A stretch of 64,000 nt of DNA, taken from assembly GCA_018822435.1 (NCBI GenBank), contig JAHJKD010000049.1, positions 6,511 to 70,510 on the forward strand, in the 5' to 3' direction. Both the position numbers and the translations under genes were made by a program. The DNA comes from Patescibacteria group bacterium (GTDB taxonomy: Bacteria > Patescibacteriota > Patescibacteriia > UBA9570 > JAHJKD01). Shown piece by piece: positions 17,383-26,591 of this stretch (its first letter is position 1; each line of letters begins with the position of its first letter). Below the pieces are notes generated by a model. The model searched no databases. It saw nothing but the letters and a program-made list of their open reading frames with translations, and was not told where the DNA came from.

Positions 17383-18132
17383 TTACCCTCCAAAAAAGAT
17401 TTTGACAACCCACATAAAGGCCACGCCCAAGACGAACATAAAAAAAGATAGCAAAGACTTGCTTAGCTTCTTTTCTTTATGCAATTCCGGGATTAAATCC
17501 GAGGCAGCAATATAAATAAATCCGCCCGCCGCAAACGGCAGGATAAAATCGATAAACTCATTGGTCTGATTGGCAAAATAAAAACCAATAATAGCGCCAA
17601 CTACAGCCAGAAGGGCCGTGCCAAAATTATATAGCAGAGCTTTGCCGCGGGACAAGCCGGCATGGATCAGGACGCCGAAGTCGGAAATTTCCTGCGGCAA
17701 TTCATGGAAAATGACAGCAATTGATGTGGCGACTCCCAACTGGAAATCGACGACAAAAGCGGCGGCAATAATAAGGCCGTCCAGAAAATTATGGACGCCA
17801 TCCCCGATCAGGTTCGTATAAGCAAAAGTGTGGACATCGCATTCCCCTTCATTTTCATGGCAATGATGCCATTGCAGAAGCCTCTCAATAATGAAGAAAA
17901 GGGAAAAACCGATAATAACTGCTAAACCGATTACATCCCAATCGCCCTCTTCAGCTGCTTCCGGGATCAAATGCAGAAGCGCGCCGCCCATCAGGGCACC
18001 GGCGGAAAAACCGACCAGTAAAATTGTGATCTTTTTTAATGTTTTTTTATTTATAGCCAAGAAGACAATGCCTAATAAAGAAATGAGGCTGATTATACCA
18101 GTGGCAATTAATGCGGCTAATAATGGGGACAT
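17383..18132 (-). CDS. ZIP-family metal (Zn2+/Fe2+) transporter
   Basis: His-rich loop (HHCHENEGECDVH) and HELPQE-type motif. Confidence 0.8.
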   Translation of the reverse strand: MSPLLAALIATGIISLISLLGIVFLAINKKTLKKITILLVGFSAGALMGGALLHLIPEAAEEGDWDVIGLAVIIGFSLFFIIERLLQWHHCHENEGECDVHTFAYTNLIGDGVHNFLDGLIIAAAFVVDFQLGVATSIAVIFHELPQEISDFGVLIHAGLSRGKALLYNFGTALLAVVGAIIGFYFANQTNEFIDFILPFAAGGFIYIAASDLIPELHKEKKLSKSLLSFFMFVLGVAFMWVVKIFFGG

Positions 18133-18137
18133 AATTA

Positions 18138-20471
18138 TTATATTAGTTTTTTCTTGCCTTTTTTCTCTTTCATGCCGGTAAGGGGAATGGTGACGGAGAA
18201 AGTTGTGCCTTTGTTTTCAACAGATTTAAACGAAATTGTTCCGCCTGAATTGTCCAATATCTGCTTAACAATATATAAACCAAGACCTGTTCCTTCGGTG
18301 TCTTTTTCCCGGACATTATCAGCCCGGAAGAGCTTGGAGAACATCTTGTCCTGCTGGTGGGTCGGGATGCCATAGCCGGTGTCTTTGACAGTGATGAGCA
18401 CGTTCGGCTTTTTGACTTTCATTTCCAGGTCTACTTTACCCTTGGGCGGGGTATATTTGATGGCATTAGAAAGCAGATTCTGTAAAATGATGCGCATGAG
18501 CTTGGGATCAACTTTTATTTTCGGGATCTTGTCGTATTTTTTTGTGACTTTGATTTTGCCTTTTTTAGACCGAACTTCAAGTTCCCGTAAAACACTATCC
18601 GCAATTTTTGTAATATCATCCAATTGCGGCTCGATCGTAAAGGTGCCATGCTCCAGGCGGGAGACGTTGAGCAAGCCGTTGACCAGGTCTATCATGCGCT
18701 GGTTTGATTCATGAATAGATTTTACAAAATCATTTTGTTCTGGATTCAGCTTGCCGGCATCCTGCTCCAATAACATTTCCGAGAACCAATTGATGGAAGT
18801 AAGCGGAGTTTGGAGCTGATGGGAGGCAAGAGAGACAAATTCGGTCTTTGCCCGATCCACTTCCTTTTCCCGGGTTATATCCCTTTCAATTCCCACGAAA
18901 AATTCAACTTCTTTTCTTTCATTTATAATTGGAACGATGTTCACAGCGGCATCATATTGGTCGCCGTTTTTTCTTTGGTTGATCAAACCTCCGATGAACG
19001 GTTTTTTTGATTTCTTGATGCCTTTCCATAATTCTTTATAGAAATCTTCATCCATCAAACCGCCCCAATTTTCCTTAGTTCCGGCCTTCTTGCCCAAAAT
19101 TTCTTTCCGGTCGAAACCGGTAATTCTTTGGGCAGCGTCATTCATGTAAATGACCAAACCGTCTGGGTTTGTAATAATAATATGGTCAGAAGCATTATCA
19201 ACCGCTAATTTATATTTTTCCAGGTCTTTGGCCAGCAGGCCGGTCTTTTTCTTTTCTTCTTCCACATCTTCCAGCACGGAAAGCATGGCTTCCTGCTGGT
19301 CTTCCAGTTCTTCCTGGCTGGCTTTCATGTCCTTAGTCTGATCTTCCACTTTTTTATCAACTTCCCGCTTTTCCTTCATGATTGCCGCTGTCATCTTGTC
19401 AAAAGAGCGTGCTAATTGGCCAATTTCATCCTTTGCTTTTGTGCCAACTTTATAATTAAAATCTCCGGCTTCAATTTTTTCCGTACCACGGTGCAATTGT
19501 TCTATAGGCTTACTAATGCGGCGTGAAACCAGCAAAGAAAGCAGAAGAAAAACACAAATAGCCAAAGACAGCGAGGAGCCAATAATCGTTAAAACCTGCA
19601 GCCTAGTTGACTCAGCTTCGGAAGAGTCTATCTCGGCTAAAACACACCAATTTGTTATTGGTATAGTGGCATGCCCGCCGATGACTCCTACCCCGCGATA
19701 ATCATCAAATTTTCCAGTCGCCGGATGGCCGACATGTTCATCGGTCATCGCCGCCAGCATTTGCCGGCAATGGGCGGCGTTTTCCGTATTAATCTCTATA
19801 TCTAAAAAATTTCCGTTCTTATAACGCAACGGGCTTAAAGCATATCCCTCTTCATTAATAATATAGGTTTCGCCTGTTTCTCCCATTTCTCCATTATTGG
19901 CAAGTCCTTCATATATGCCTTCAAGAGAATAATCAGCCACTAGGCCGCCGATGACACGGCCTTCTTCATCTCTAACGGGCATGCCAAAATCCATTCCTGG
20001 AGCACCCAAGAATTCGGAAAAATGAATGTCCTTAAAAAATATTTCATCCTGAGAAATAATGCTGATTATCTCCTCCTTGCTTGTATCAACCACGCTGGGA
20101 TCAGTTGACTGCAATATTTTTCCCTCGTTATTTATAACGCTAATTTTGAAAACTTCATTTTGGTTTCTTAAGAAATTTTCAAATTGGGCCTGGACTTCGT
20201 TTTTGTATTGTTCGTAATTATTACTGCCTTCCTGGGCTTGTAATAAATTTCTAACCTCCTCTTCGCTGGCCAGAATAACTAGAATCTCCCGCTCTTCTTC
20301 TATAGAGTTAATAATATTGTCAGCTTTTTGACTGGCTATTATTTCGTAATCAGAATAAATTTCTTTTTCCAAACCATTACTAACAATTGTACTTATAGTA
20401 AATCCTAATGCGCCAAGTATTATAGCCGGCGGCAATAGATAAGTTAGCAATATCCGACTTCTGATCTTCAT
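18138..20471 (-). CDS. Sensor histidine kinase (extracytoplasmic Cache-like domain, HAMP, PAS, HisKA, HATPase_c)
   Basis: H-box SHQLQTPL; N/G1/G2 boxes near C-terminus; 2 TM helices. Confidence 0.8.
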   Translation of the reverse strand: MKIRSRILLTYLLPPAIILGALGFTISTIVSNGLEKEIYSDYEIIASQKADNIINSIEEEREILVILASEEEVRNLLQAQEGSNNYEQYKNEVQAQFENFLRNQNEVFKISVINNEGKILQSTDPSVVDTSKEEIISIISQDEIFFKDIHFSEFLGAPGMDFGMPVRDEEGRVIGGLVADYSLEGIYEGLANNGEMGETGETYIINEEGYALSPLRYKNGNFLDIEINTENAAHCRQMLAAMTDEHVGHPATGKFDDYRGVGVIGGHATIPITNWCVLAEIDSSEAESTRLQVLTIIGSSLSLAICVFLLLSLLVSRRISKPIEQLHRGTEKIEAGDFNYKVGTKAKDEIGQLARSFDKMTAAIMKEKREVDKKVEDQTKDMKASQEELEDQQEAMLSVLEDVEEEKKKTGLLAKDLEKYKLAVDNASDHIIITNPDGLVIYMNDAAQRITGFDRKEILGKKAGTKENWGGLMDEDFYKELWKGIKKSKKPFIGGLINQRKNGDQYDAAVNIVPIINERKEVEFFVGIERDITREKEVDRAKTEFVSLASHQLQTPLTSINWFSEMLLEQDAGKLNPEQNDFVKSIHESNQRMIDLVNGLLNVSRLEHGTFTIEPQLDDITKIADSVLRELEVRSKKGKIKVTKKYDKIPKIKVDPKLMRIILQNLLSNAIKYTPPKGKVDLEMKVKKPNVLITVKDTGYGIPTHQQDKMFSKLFRADNVREKDTEGTGLGLYIVKQILDNSGGTISFKSVENKGTTFSVTIPLTGMKEKKGKKKLI

Positions 20472-20489
20472 CTTCCTGAATTAATATTG

Positions 20490-20816
20490 TTATTTTAATT
20501 TTTTTACCAAGCCCATAATCTGGCTGTAATGCTTTTCAATGATTTTCGGATCCCGAAAATTCCGGGAAAATTCAGCCAGCTGCTGCATAACGTCCATAAT
20601 CGCTTTTTTATCAGGATTATTATAGTCATGGCTCGTGTCCTCAAAGGCTTTTTCCACGATGGAATGGCAATATTCATGGCTGGCCTCTTTGCCGGCTTCG
20701 GCCACGTCCGAATCAGCACAATGCGCTTCATAAAAGCACTCGACAATGGCATCGCGGACTTCAAGCGGAGTCAGTTCCTTGTCCGGATCCACGCCGTAGA
20801 TCTTTTTTGTTGCCAT
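20490..20816 (-). CDS. Hypothetical small cytoplasmic protein (108 aa, His/Cys-containing)
   Basis: ORF between kinase and PAS protein, same strand. Confidence 0.4.
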   Translation of the reverse strand: MATKKIYGVDPDKELTPLEVRDAIVECFYEAHCADSDVAEAGKEASHEYCHSIVEKAFEDTSHDYNNPDKKAIMDVMQQLAEFSRNFRDPKIIEKHYSQIMGLVKKLK

Positions 20817-20821
20817 AAATT

Positions 20822-22120
20822 TTATTTATTTAATTTTTCCTGCAATTGCTTGTTCTTTTTTTTGAGATCGATGATGCGTATTTCCCGGCCGATCATGACC
20901 TTGTTCAGCCTTTTCAACTGGGTATTGCGCTTTTCGATCTCGGCCATGGCCGCTTCAGAGAGAGTAACGTCTTCGCCAGAACTCAAACTGCCGATGACAT
21001 CGCCTTTTTCATCTTTCAAAAGAGTATTGTGCCAGCGGATTTCCTTGGTTTGGCCGTCTTTGGTCAAAACCGCATTTTTATAGCCCTCAGGGAAGAGGGT
21101 TTCATATTTGTCAGGATTATTCAGGCCTTGAATATGCTTCTTTTTTAAATCTGCCCTTATCTTTGCGGGGACAAAGTTTTCAAACCAATTTTTACCATCA
21201 ATTTCTTTGACTGAATACCCTAATAATTCAGCGCCCTTGTTGTTGATCATTGTCACTTCTCCTTTTTTATCCAGAGCCATGATGATGGCGCCGGCCAGAT
21301 CGAGATAGTTTTGAGCTTTTTCCTGTTCCTGCTTTAATAAGAAATCAGCTTCTTTTTCTTTAGTAATATCGCGCACCAAAATCTGGACGGCATAGGGCTT
21401 CTCCCCCACTTTCAAGAGCCCGTTCCGGACCGATGCCAATACTTTCTTCTTTGATTTTGTCGTCATTTCAATCTCATATTCTTCGGGAATATTTCCGGAC
21501 ACCGCCTGATCAAATATCTTTTTTAATTTGGGAATATCTTTCTTGTAAAAAACCTTGAATTCAGTAAATTTCTTGCCTATCATTTCATCCCGGGTCAATT
21601 CAAGCATATTTAGGATGGCGTTATTGACGTCCGTAATCCGGCCTTCGAGATCAAAAACTACCATGCCGTCCGGGGCGAGTTCAAAAATTGTCTTGAACCT
21701 TTCTTCGGCTTTTACTCTTTCAGTAATATCGTGGGCAACGACAACTTCCCCGGTGATCTTGCCCTTTTCATTCCGGATGGGCGTGGCCGTGATCGTGCCG
21801 ATGCGTATTTCCCCTTTTTTTGTCTTTAATTCCACCTCATACGGAGGAATATGGCGGCCCAGCATGCGCAAAGCAAAATTTTTCCCAATGGTCGTGACCG
21901 CACTGCGCGTAAGAAAAGGCAGGCGAAGGATGCTCTTGCCGACAAGATCTTCCCTTTTATAACCCATGAGCTTGTAGACCTGCTCATTGATGTCGAGCAG
22001 TTTTCCGGATCGGTTCACGAACAGGATCGTCTCCGGAGACAATTCAAAAATGTTCTTATATCTTTGGTATTTTTCAAAATCTACTTTTTGTTCTGGTTGT
22101 TTTTCTGATTTTTTCGGCAT
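20822..22120 (-). CDS. Three-PAS-domain sensor protein without output domain; C-terminal G-R-E motif (KVMIGREIRIIDLKKK)
   Basis: Three PAS/PAC repeats; terminates about 20 aa after the motif. Confidence 0.6.
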   Translation of the reverse strand: MPKKSEKQPEQKVDFEKYQRYKNIFELSPETILFVNRSGKLLDINEQVYKLMGYKREDLVGKSILRLPFLTRSAVTTIGKNFALRMLGRHIPPYEVELKTKKGEIRIGTITATPIRNEKGKITGEVVVAHDITERVKAEERFKTIFELAPDGMVVFDLEGRITDVNNAILNMLELTRDEMIGKKFTEFKVFYKKDIPKLKKIFDQAVSGNIPEEYEIEMTTKSKKKVLASVRNGLLKVGEKPYAVQILVRDITKEKEADFLLKQEQEKAQNYLDLAGAIIMALDKKGEVTMINNKGAELLGYSVKEIDGKNWFENFVPAKIRADLKKKHIQGLNNPDKYETLFPEGYKNAVLTKDGQTKEIRWHNTLLKDEKGDVIGSLSSGEDVTLSEAAMAEIEKRNTQLKRLNKVMIGREIRIIDLKKKNKQLQEKLNK

Positions 22121-22184
22121 GTTTTTATTTTGAAGGGTATTTTTTTGCGAGTATATTATACCATAGAATCAAAATTTTCCCTAT

Positions 22185-23591
22185 TTACTGCTTTGCCTTA
22201 AACTTTTTTATTTCCTCTTTCAATTCCGTCATTTTTATTTCCCGGCCGGTCATCAGTCTCATGGCCTTTTCCAGTTCAGCGATCTTATTTTTCAGCTCGT
22301 CTTCCGCTTCTTTTTTCTTGGTGATGTCCCGGGCAATGATAGTTACTCCTGTCACTATACCTTTTATTTTATAAGGATAACTACTAATCTGTATGACTCC
22401 ATTGCTCTTGTCCTTCCGGATAAAGCCGTATTCGTCGACAACTGATTCGCCGTTCAGCACTTTTTTAAAAGCCATTAATGCCCTTGGTATGTCCTTCTTG
22501 ATGACAAACTTGGTAAAATCCAAATTAAGGACTTCCTTTTTATTAAATCCCCAAATCCGGGCAGCGGCATCATTGGCAAAAATCACTTTTCCATTTTTTC
22601 CGATCTGGACGATGCCGTCGATCGATGCTTCTGTTATTTGCCGATATTTTTCTTCTGACTTCTCAAATTGAGCTGTTTGTTCATGGACTTCTCTTTTTAA
22701 GGTCCTCTGATATGTCCTCATGACTATAATAAATAAGCCGGCTATCAATAATAAGAAACCGCCGCCGTATATTACCCATTTTGCCCAAATAGGAAAAATT
22801 TCCACTTCTTCTTTGATGCCCGGAAAATGCTCGTCGATCGATTGATAATAAATGCTATCGGGATTGCTTTTCATATTTTTCAGATACTGGTCAATAACAG
22901 GAATAATATAATTGTTGTCCGGCGCATTTTTAGGAAAAGCGAACCGCAATTCAACCAGATTGAACACGAGGGAGGTCTGCACGATATTATATTTCTCCGC
23001 ATTCGCTTCTCCGAAAAACCGACTGACTACGCCGATATCAGCTTCGCCCTGATCGAGTAACTGAAATACATCCGCGTATTCTTCGACATCGAAATAATTC
23101 ACCTCAATACCAAAGCTTTCAAGAAGTTTTTCAAGGCCAAGAGGTCCGGAAAAATGGATCCCGCTTTTCAGGATGGCAATTTTCTTGTCCTGAAAATCAA
23201 AAAATGAATTTATTTCGATCCCTTCACGGGCATAAACCTGCGCCCAAGAGCTAAGTACGGATTTCTCATTAAAATCATAAAGCCTCTCTCTTTCCTCTGA
23301 AAGCGCTATGTCAACCATAATGTCAATCTCATTATTAGCCAGACGCTCCAATCCTTCGTCCCATGTACCATAGACATACTGCACCTGCCAGCCTTCCTGT
23401 TCCGCCATATAATTGATAATATCAGCCCAGAATCCTTTTATCTCGCCGTCTTCGTCCATAAATATTTTAGGAGAATTGTCATACACTCCCACCCGCACGA
23501 TAGTCGGATCTTCTTGCGCGTTGACTAAATTTGGCGATAAAAAAGCTAAAAACAACGCTGTATAGCACAGTGTTTGTAAGAATTTTTTCAT
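22185..23591 (-). CDS. Periplasmic solute-binding (family 3, BvgS-like VFT) - TM - PAS sensor protein without kinase; C-terminal G-R-E motif (RLMTGREIKMTELKEEI)
   Basis: Signal peptide, SBP_bac_3-like domain, one TM, PAS, coiled coil. Confidence 0.6.
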   Translation of the reverse strand: MKKFLQTLCYTALFLAFLSPNLVNAQEDPTIVRVGVYDNSPKIFMDEDGEIKGFWADIINYMAEQEGWQVQYVYGTWDEGLERLANNEIDIMVDIALSEERERLYDFNEKSVLSSWAQVYAREGIEINSFFDFQDKKIAILKSGIHFSGPLGLEKLLESFGIEVNYFDVEEYADVFQLLDQGEADIGVVSRFFGEANAEKYNIVQTSLVFNLVELRFAFPKNAPDNNYIIPVIDQYLKNMKSNPDSIYYQSIDEHFPGIKEEVEIFPIWAKWVIYGGGFLLLIAGLFIIVMRTYQRTLKREVHEQTAQFEKSEEKYRQITEASIDGIVQIGKNGKVIFANDAAARIWGFNKKEVLNLDFTKFVIKKDIPRALMAFKKVLNGESVVDEYGFIRKDKSNGVIQISSYPYKIKGIVTGVTIIARDITKKKEAEDELKNKIAELEKAMRLMTGREIKMTELKEEIKKFKAKQ

Positions 23592-23723
23592 ATGAAATAT
23601 TGATAATTTAACTGTCTATTTTTAGTATACCACAAAATAAAAAATCCCCCATAGCGGGGTATCAGGTCGAGGGGGCTACAGTCCTGAGCGAGGAAATTCA
23701 CGAAGTGAATCCGAGTCAAAGGG

Positions 23724-23795
23724 CTGGGGAGGCAGGATTCGAACCTGCGAATGCATGGACCAGAACCATGTGCCTTACCACTTGGCGACTCCCCA
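23724..23795 (-). tRNA. tRNA-Gln (anticodon CUG)
   Basis: Manual fold: acceptor UGGGGAG/CUCCCCA (U1-A72), loop UUCUGGU, T-loop UUCGAAU; close to canonical bacterial tRNA-Gln. Confidence 0.85.
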
Positions 23796-23802
23796 ATGAA
23801 TT

Positions 23803-25476
23803 TTACGTCTCACTGCTTTTCATGACATCCGTGCCATAAGTATTTTTGGCCAGGTCCCAGACATTTTCGGCTTCTTCATCAGTCGGGACTTCGATGTTGT
23901 CAGATTTGGCCGCTTTGATGACATCGGCATTGACATCATATTCATCTCCGAGGATGCATTGCAACCGGACCGGGCGTTTTATCTTGTCAGAAATTATTTT
24001 TTCAATTATTTCCAGATTTTCAGCTTCACATATTCTATCAGAGTGGAATTTATATTTCAAGCCGAGCGTTAACGTCTCTCCTTCAATGCAAATTAAATGG
24101 GAAAGCTGGACAGTCAGGGCTAAAGAATGATTACTTTCTCTGATGGCTTTTACAACATCAGGCCAGGCTTTTTTAATGTCATCTATTTCATCGCATTTAA
24201 CGGCCTTGGGGTGATCTTCATCTTTTTTTTTCGGAATCGGTTGGGTTGACTTGAAGGGCGGGGGTGATTTTAACTCGGCTCTACTTCGCTCCATCCCTTC
24301 GCCCTTTGGGCTTCGGGGGAGCTTCGTAGGAGCCTGAGGTTGTTGCGGCTGCTCAGAAGGAGGGCCAGCCGGGGCGGAGGGAGGCGCGCCGAAACAAATT
24401 TCAACCACAGCAAGTTCAAGCGGTAGCTGAGGAATTTCCGCCGTTTTTAATTCCGGACCTTTTTTAATAAAGATTTCTATCATATCCATGATCTGATGAC
24501 CGCTGACTTTTTCCAGACTATTTTGGAGCTGATCATAATTTTCTTTGTCCAGCTCCATATATTCTAAATTTTCAAGTTTGTGATTGACCTTGTAAAGCAT
24601 GAGTTTTCTTAAAAACTCAACCATATCAGAATCGAAGTTGTTCAGGTCTATGCCCTGATCAATAAGCGAGTTTATGGTGGCAATCCCCTCAGAAGCATTT
24701 TTAGAAGCCAATTCGTCAAACAACTTATAAGCCAGATTGAGATCAGAATGAGGAATAACTAGTTCGGCCACTTCCAGGGTGACCGGGTCTTCGTCCAGAG
24801 ATAAAATTTGGCCGAGCAGGCTTTCTGAATCGCGAACAGCGCCTTCTGAATGGTGAACGATTTTTTTAATGACGTCCTCATTAACATTGGCTTTTTCTTT
24901 TTGGGAAATCATAGTGAGCCGTTCGGCTAATTTATTTGCCGGGACCTTTTTAAAATCAAATCTCTGGCACCGGGAAATTATTGTTTCCGGCAGTTTGTGG
25001 GATTCTGTAGTGGCTAAAATAAAATATGTATTAGCCGGCGGCTCTTCCAGAGTTTTTAATAAAGCATTAAAAGCAGAGATCGAAAGCATGTGGACTTCAT
25101 CGATAATAAAAACTTTATTCTTAAAATGCGACGGGGCGACCCGGGAATTGTCGATAATATTTTCGCGGACATTGTCTACGCCCGTATGGGAAGCGGCGTC
25201 TATTTCAATCACGTCCAAAGCCTTTCCGGCCATGACGGCCTGGCACGCTTCGCAAACATTGCACGGCTCGCCTTCTTTCAGGTTTTCACAGTTGATGCTT
25301 TTAGCAATCAAACGGGCCATAGTCGTCTTGCCGATGCCGCGAGGACCGGAAAATAAAAAAGCATGCGGCATGGATCCGCTTTTTAACTCATTCTGGATGA
25401 CCTGTTTGATATGGTCTTGGCCGACTACTTCGGTAAAGGATTGAGGCCGGTATTTTCGATATAATGTATTACTCAT
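23803..25476 (-). CDS. dnaX: DNA polymerase III subunit gamma/tau
   Basis: YRPQSF..VVGQ, GPRGIGKTT Walker A, Zn module CxxC..CxxC, DEVHML. Confidence 0.85.
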   Translation of the reverse strand: MSNTLYRKYRPQSFTEVVGQDHIKQVIQNELKSGSMPHAFLFSGPRGIGKTTMARLIAKSINCENLKEGEPCNVCEACQAVMAGKALDVIEIDAASHTGVDNVRENIIDNSRVAPSHFKNKVFIIDEVHMLSISAFNALLKTLEEPPANTYFILATTESHKLPETIISRCQRFDFKKVPANKLAERLTMISQKEKANVNEDVIKKIVHHSEGAVRDSESLLGQILSLDEDPVTLEVAELVIPHSDLNLAYKLFDELASKNASEGIATINSLIDQGIDLNNFDSDMVEFLRKLMLYKVNHKLENLEYMELDKENYDQLQNSLEKVSGHQIMDMIEIFIKKGPELKTAEIPQLPLELAVVEICFGAPPSAPAGPPSEQPQQPQAPTKLPRSPKGEGMERSRAELKSPPPFKSTQPIPKKKDEDHPKAVKCDEIDDIKKAWPDVVKAIRESNHSLALTVQLSHLICIEGETLTLGLKYKFHSDRICEAENLEIIEKIISDKIKRPVRLQCILGDEYDVNADVIKAAKSDNIEVPTDEEAENVWDLAKNTYGTDVMKSSET

Positions 25477-25526
25477 GGTTCAGATATTTTAAACTAAAAA
25501 TATTCTTTTGGCAAGTATAAAAATAG

Positions 25527-25544
25527 ACCAATACCCCGAATAAA
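25527..25544. repeat. Palindromic element CCCCGAATAAATTCGGGG (copy 1; copy 2 at 60077-60094)
   Basis: Identical 18-nt palindrome in two intercistronic spacers just upstream of start codons. Confidence 0.7.
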
Positions 25545-25614
25545 TTCGGGGCTTGGCCTATTTTTTTCTATCTAATTTTTTCAAACCCTGAATTTATTCA
25601 GGGTTTGAAAAAAT

Positions 25615-25863
25615 CTATTTTTCTAAGTCTTCTAGATTTTTTTTGGCTCCAGCCATCCATCGCTCATACGTCTCTCTTTTTTCTTCGGTTCCGGCATTTT
25701 TTGCCATGTCTGCGTATTGTTGAATCATTTTTCTGAGCTCAATTTTCTGTTTTGATTTGTCCTTCCTTAATATTTCTTGCAAAGCAGGATCATCTGCTTC
25801 AAAAGCCTCTAGGGCTTCTCGAGTAATTTTTGGGTGTCGTAAATTTTCTGCAGGGGCGACCAT
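25615..25863 (-). CDS. Hypothetical small protein (82 aa)
   Basis: ORF only. Confidence 0.35.
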   Translation of the reverse strand: MVAPAENLRHPKITREALEAFEADDPALQEILRKDKSKQKIELRKMIQQYADMAKNAGTEEKRETYERWMAGAKKNLEDLEK

Positions 25864-25873
25864 ATATTTTAAT

Positions 25874-26506
25874 TTAATCGTCTTCTTTATCTTCTAACTG
25901 GAAATCCATGCCCAGGCCAAGTTCGGCGTCAGCACCGTTTTCTAATAATTCGGCTGGTATTTCTTCGCCTTCTTTAATAATATTTTCAACTGCTGCCCAT
26001 TTAGATCCACCCTCTTTTGGAATCAGAACCACAACTTTATCACCCGGCTCGCCTTTATAATATGTGACTGAAGCAAGGATCAGCTTGTAACTGTCACTCC
26101 CCGCTACAGCTTTGAATTCACCTGATTCATCATCACGCACCAGAGAGCCTGTTACCCGGGATCTTTCTACCGGGCCGATCTGTTTATATACAAATGAACC
26201 GTCTTTAGAAATAGTGAGCTTTAAAATATCCCCTTCGACAAGTTTTGATTTTGAAGCATAATTGGCCGGTACGGTATAAATCTCACCTTCAGGCCCGATC
26301 ATATTCTGGCCATTAAAGACGCCTTCGACTATCTTCTGGGTTTTGTTTTGTTCTATATTTCCTACCTCCCGAGCTTTTTCCGCCACTTCTCTTAATTCGT
26401 CCGGGCCCATGCCTTCTATCAAAGTTTTGGCCTTTAAAAGGTTAGCTTGAGCATTTTCAATAGATTGCAATAAATCATTGATTTTGTCTTTGTTTTCTTC
26501 TGTCAT
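25874..26506 (-). CDS. Hypothetical conserved protein (210 aa, acidic C-terminus), probably highly expressed
   Basis: Preceded by the same leader hairpin as dnaK and gap. Confidence 0.45.
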   Translation of the reverse strand: MTEENKDKINDLLQSIENAQANLLKAKTLIEGMGPDELREVAEKAREVGNIEQNKTQKIVEGVFNGQNMIGPEGEIYTVPANYASKSKLVEGDILKLTISKDGSFVYKQIGPVERSRVTGSLVRDDESGEFKAVAGSDSYKLILASVTYYKGEPGDKVVVLIPKEGGSKWAAVENIIKEGEEIPAELLENGADAELGLGMDFQLEDKEDD

Positions 26507-26527
26507 TTTTTTATTTTATTTTTATCT

Positions 26528-26558
26528 TGAGACGCGAAAAATCGCGTCTTTACTTAAA
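26528..26558 (-). promoter_or_regulatory. Conserved leader hairpin family A (TGAGACGCGAAAAATCGCGTCTTTACTTAAAT), copy 1
   Basis: Near-identical 31-nt element also at 38990-39020 and 42896-42927, each 10-21 nt upstream of a start codon. Confidence 0.6.
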
Positions 26559-26591
26559 TATATATAGTTGTTTCTATGAACAGGACTCTAA

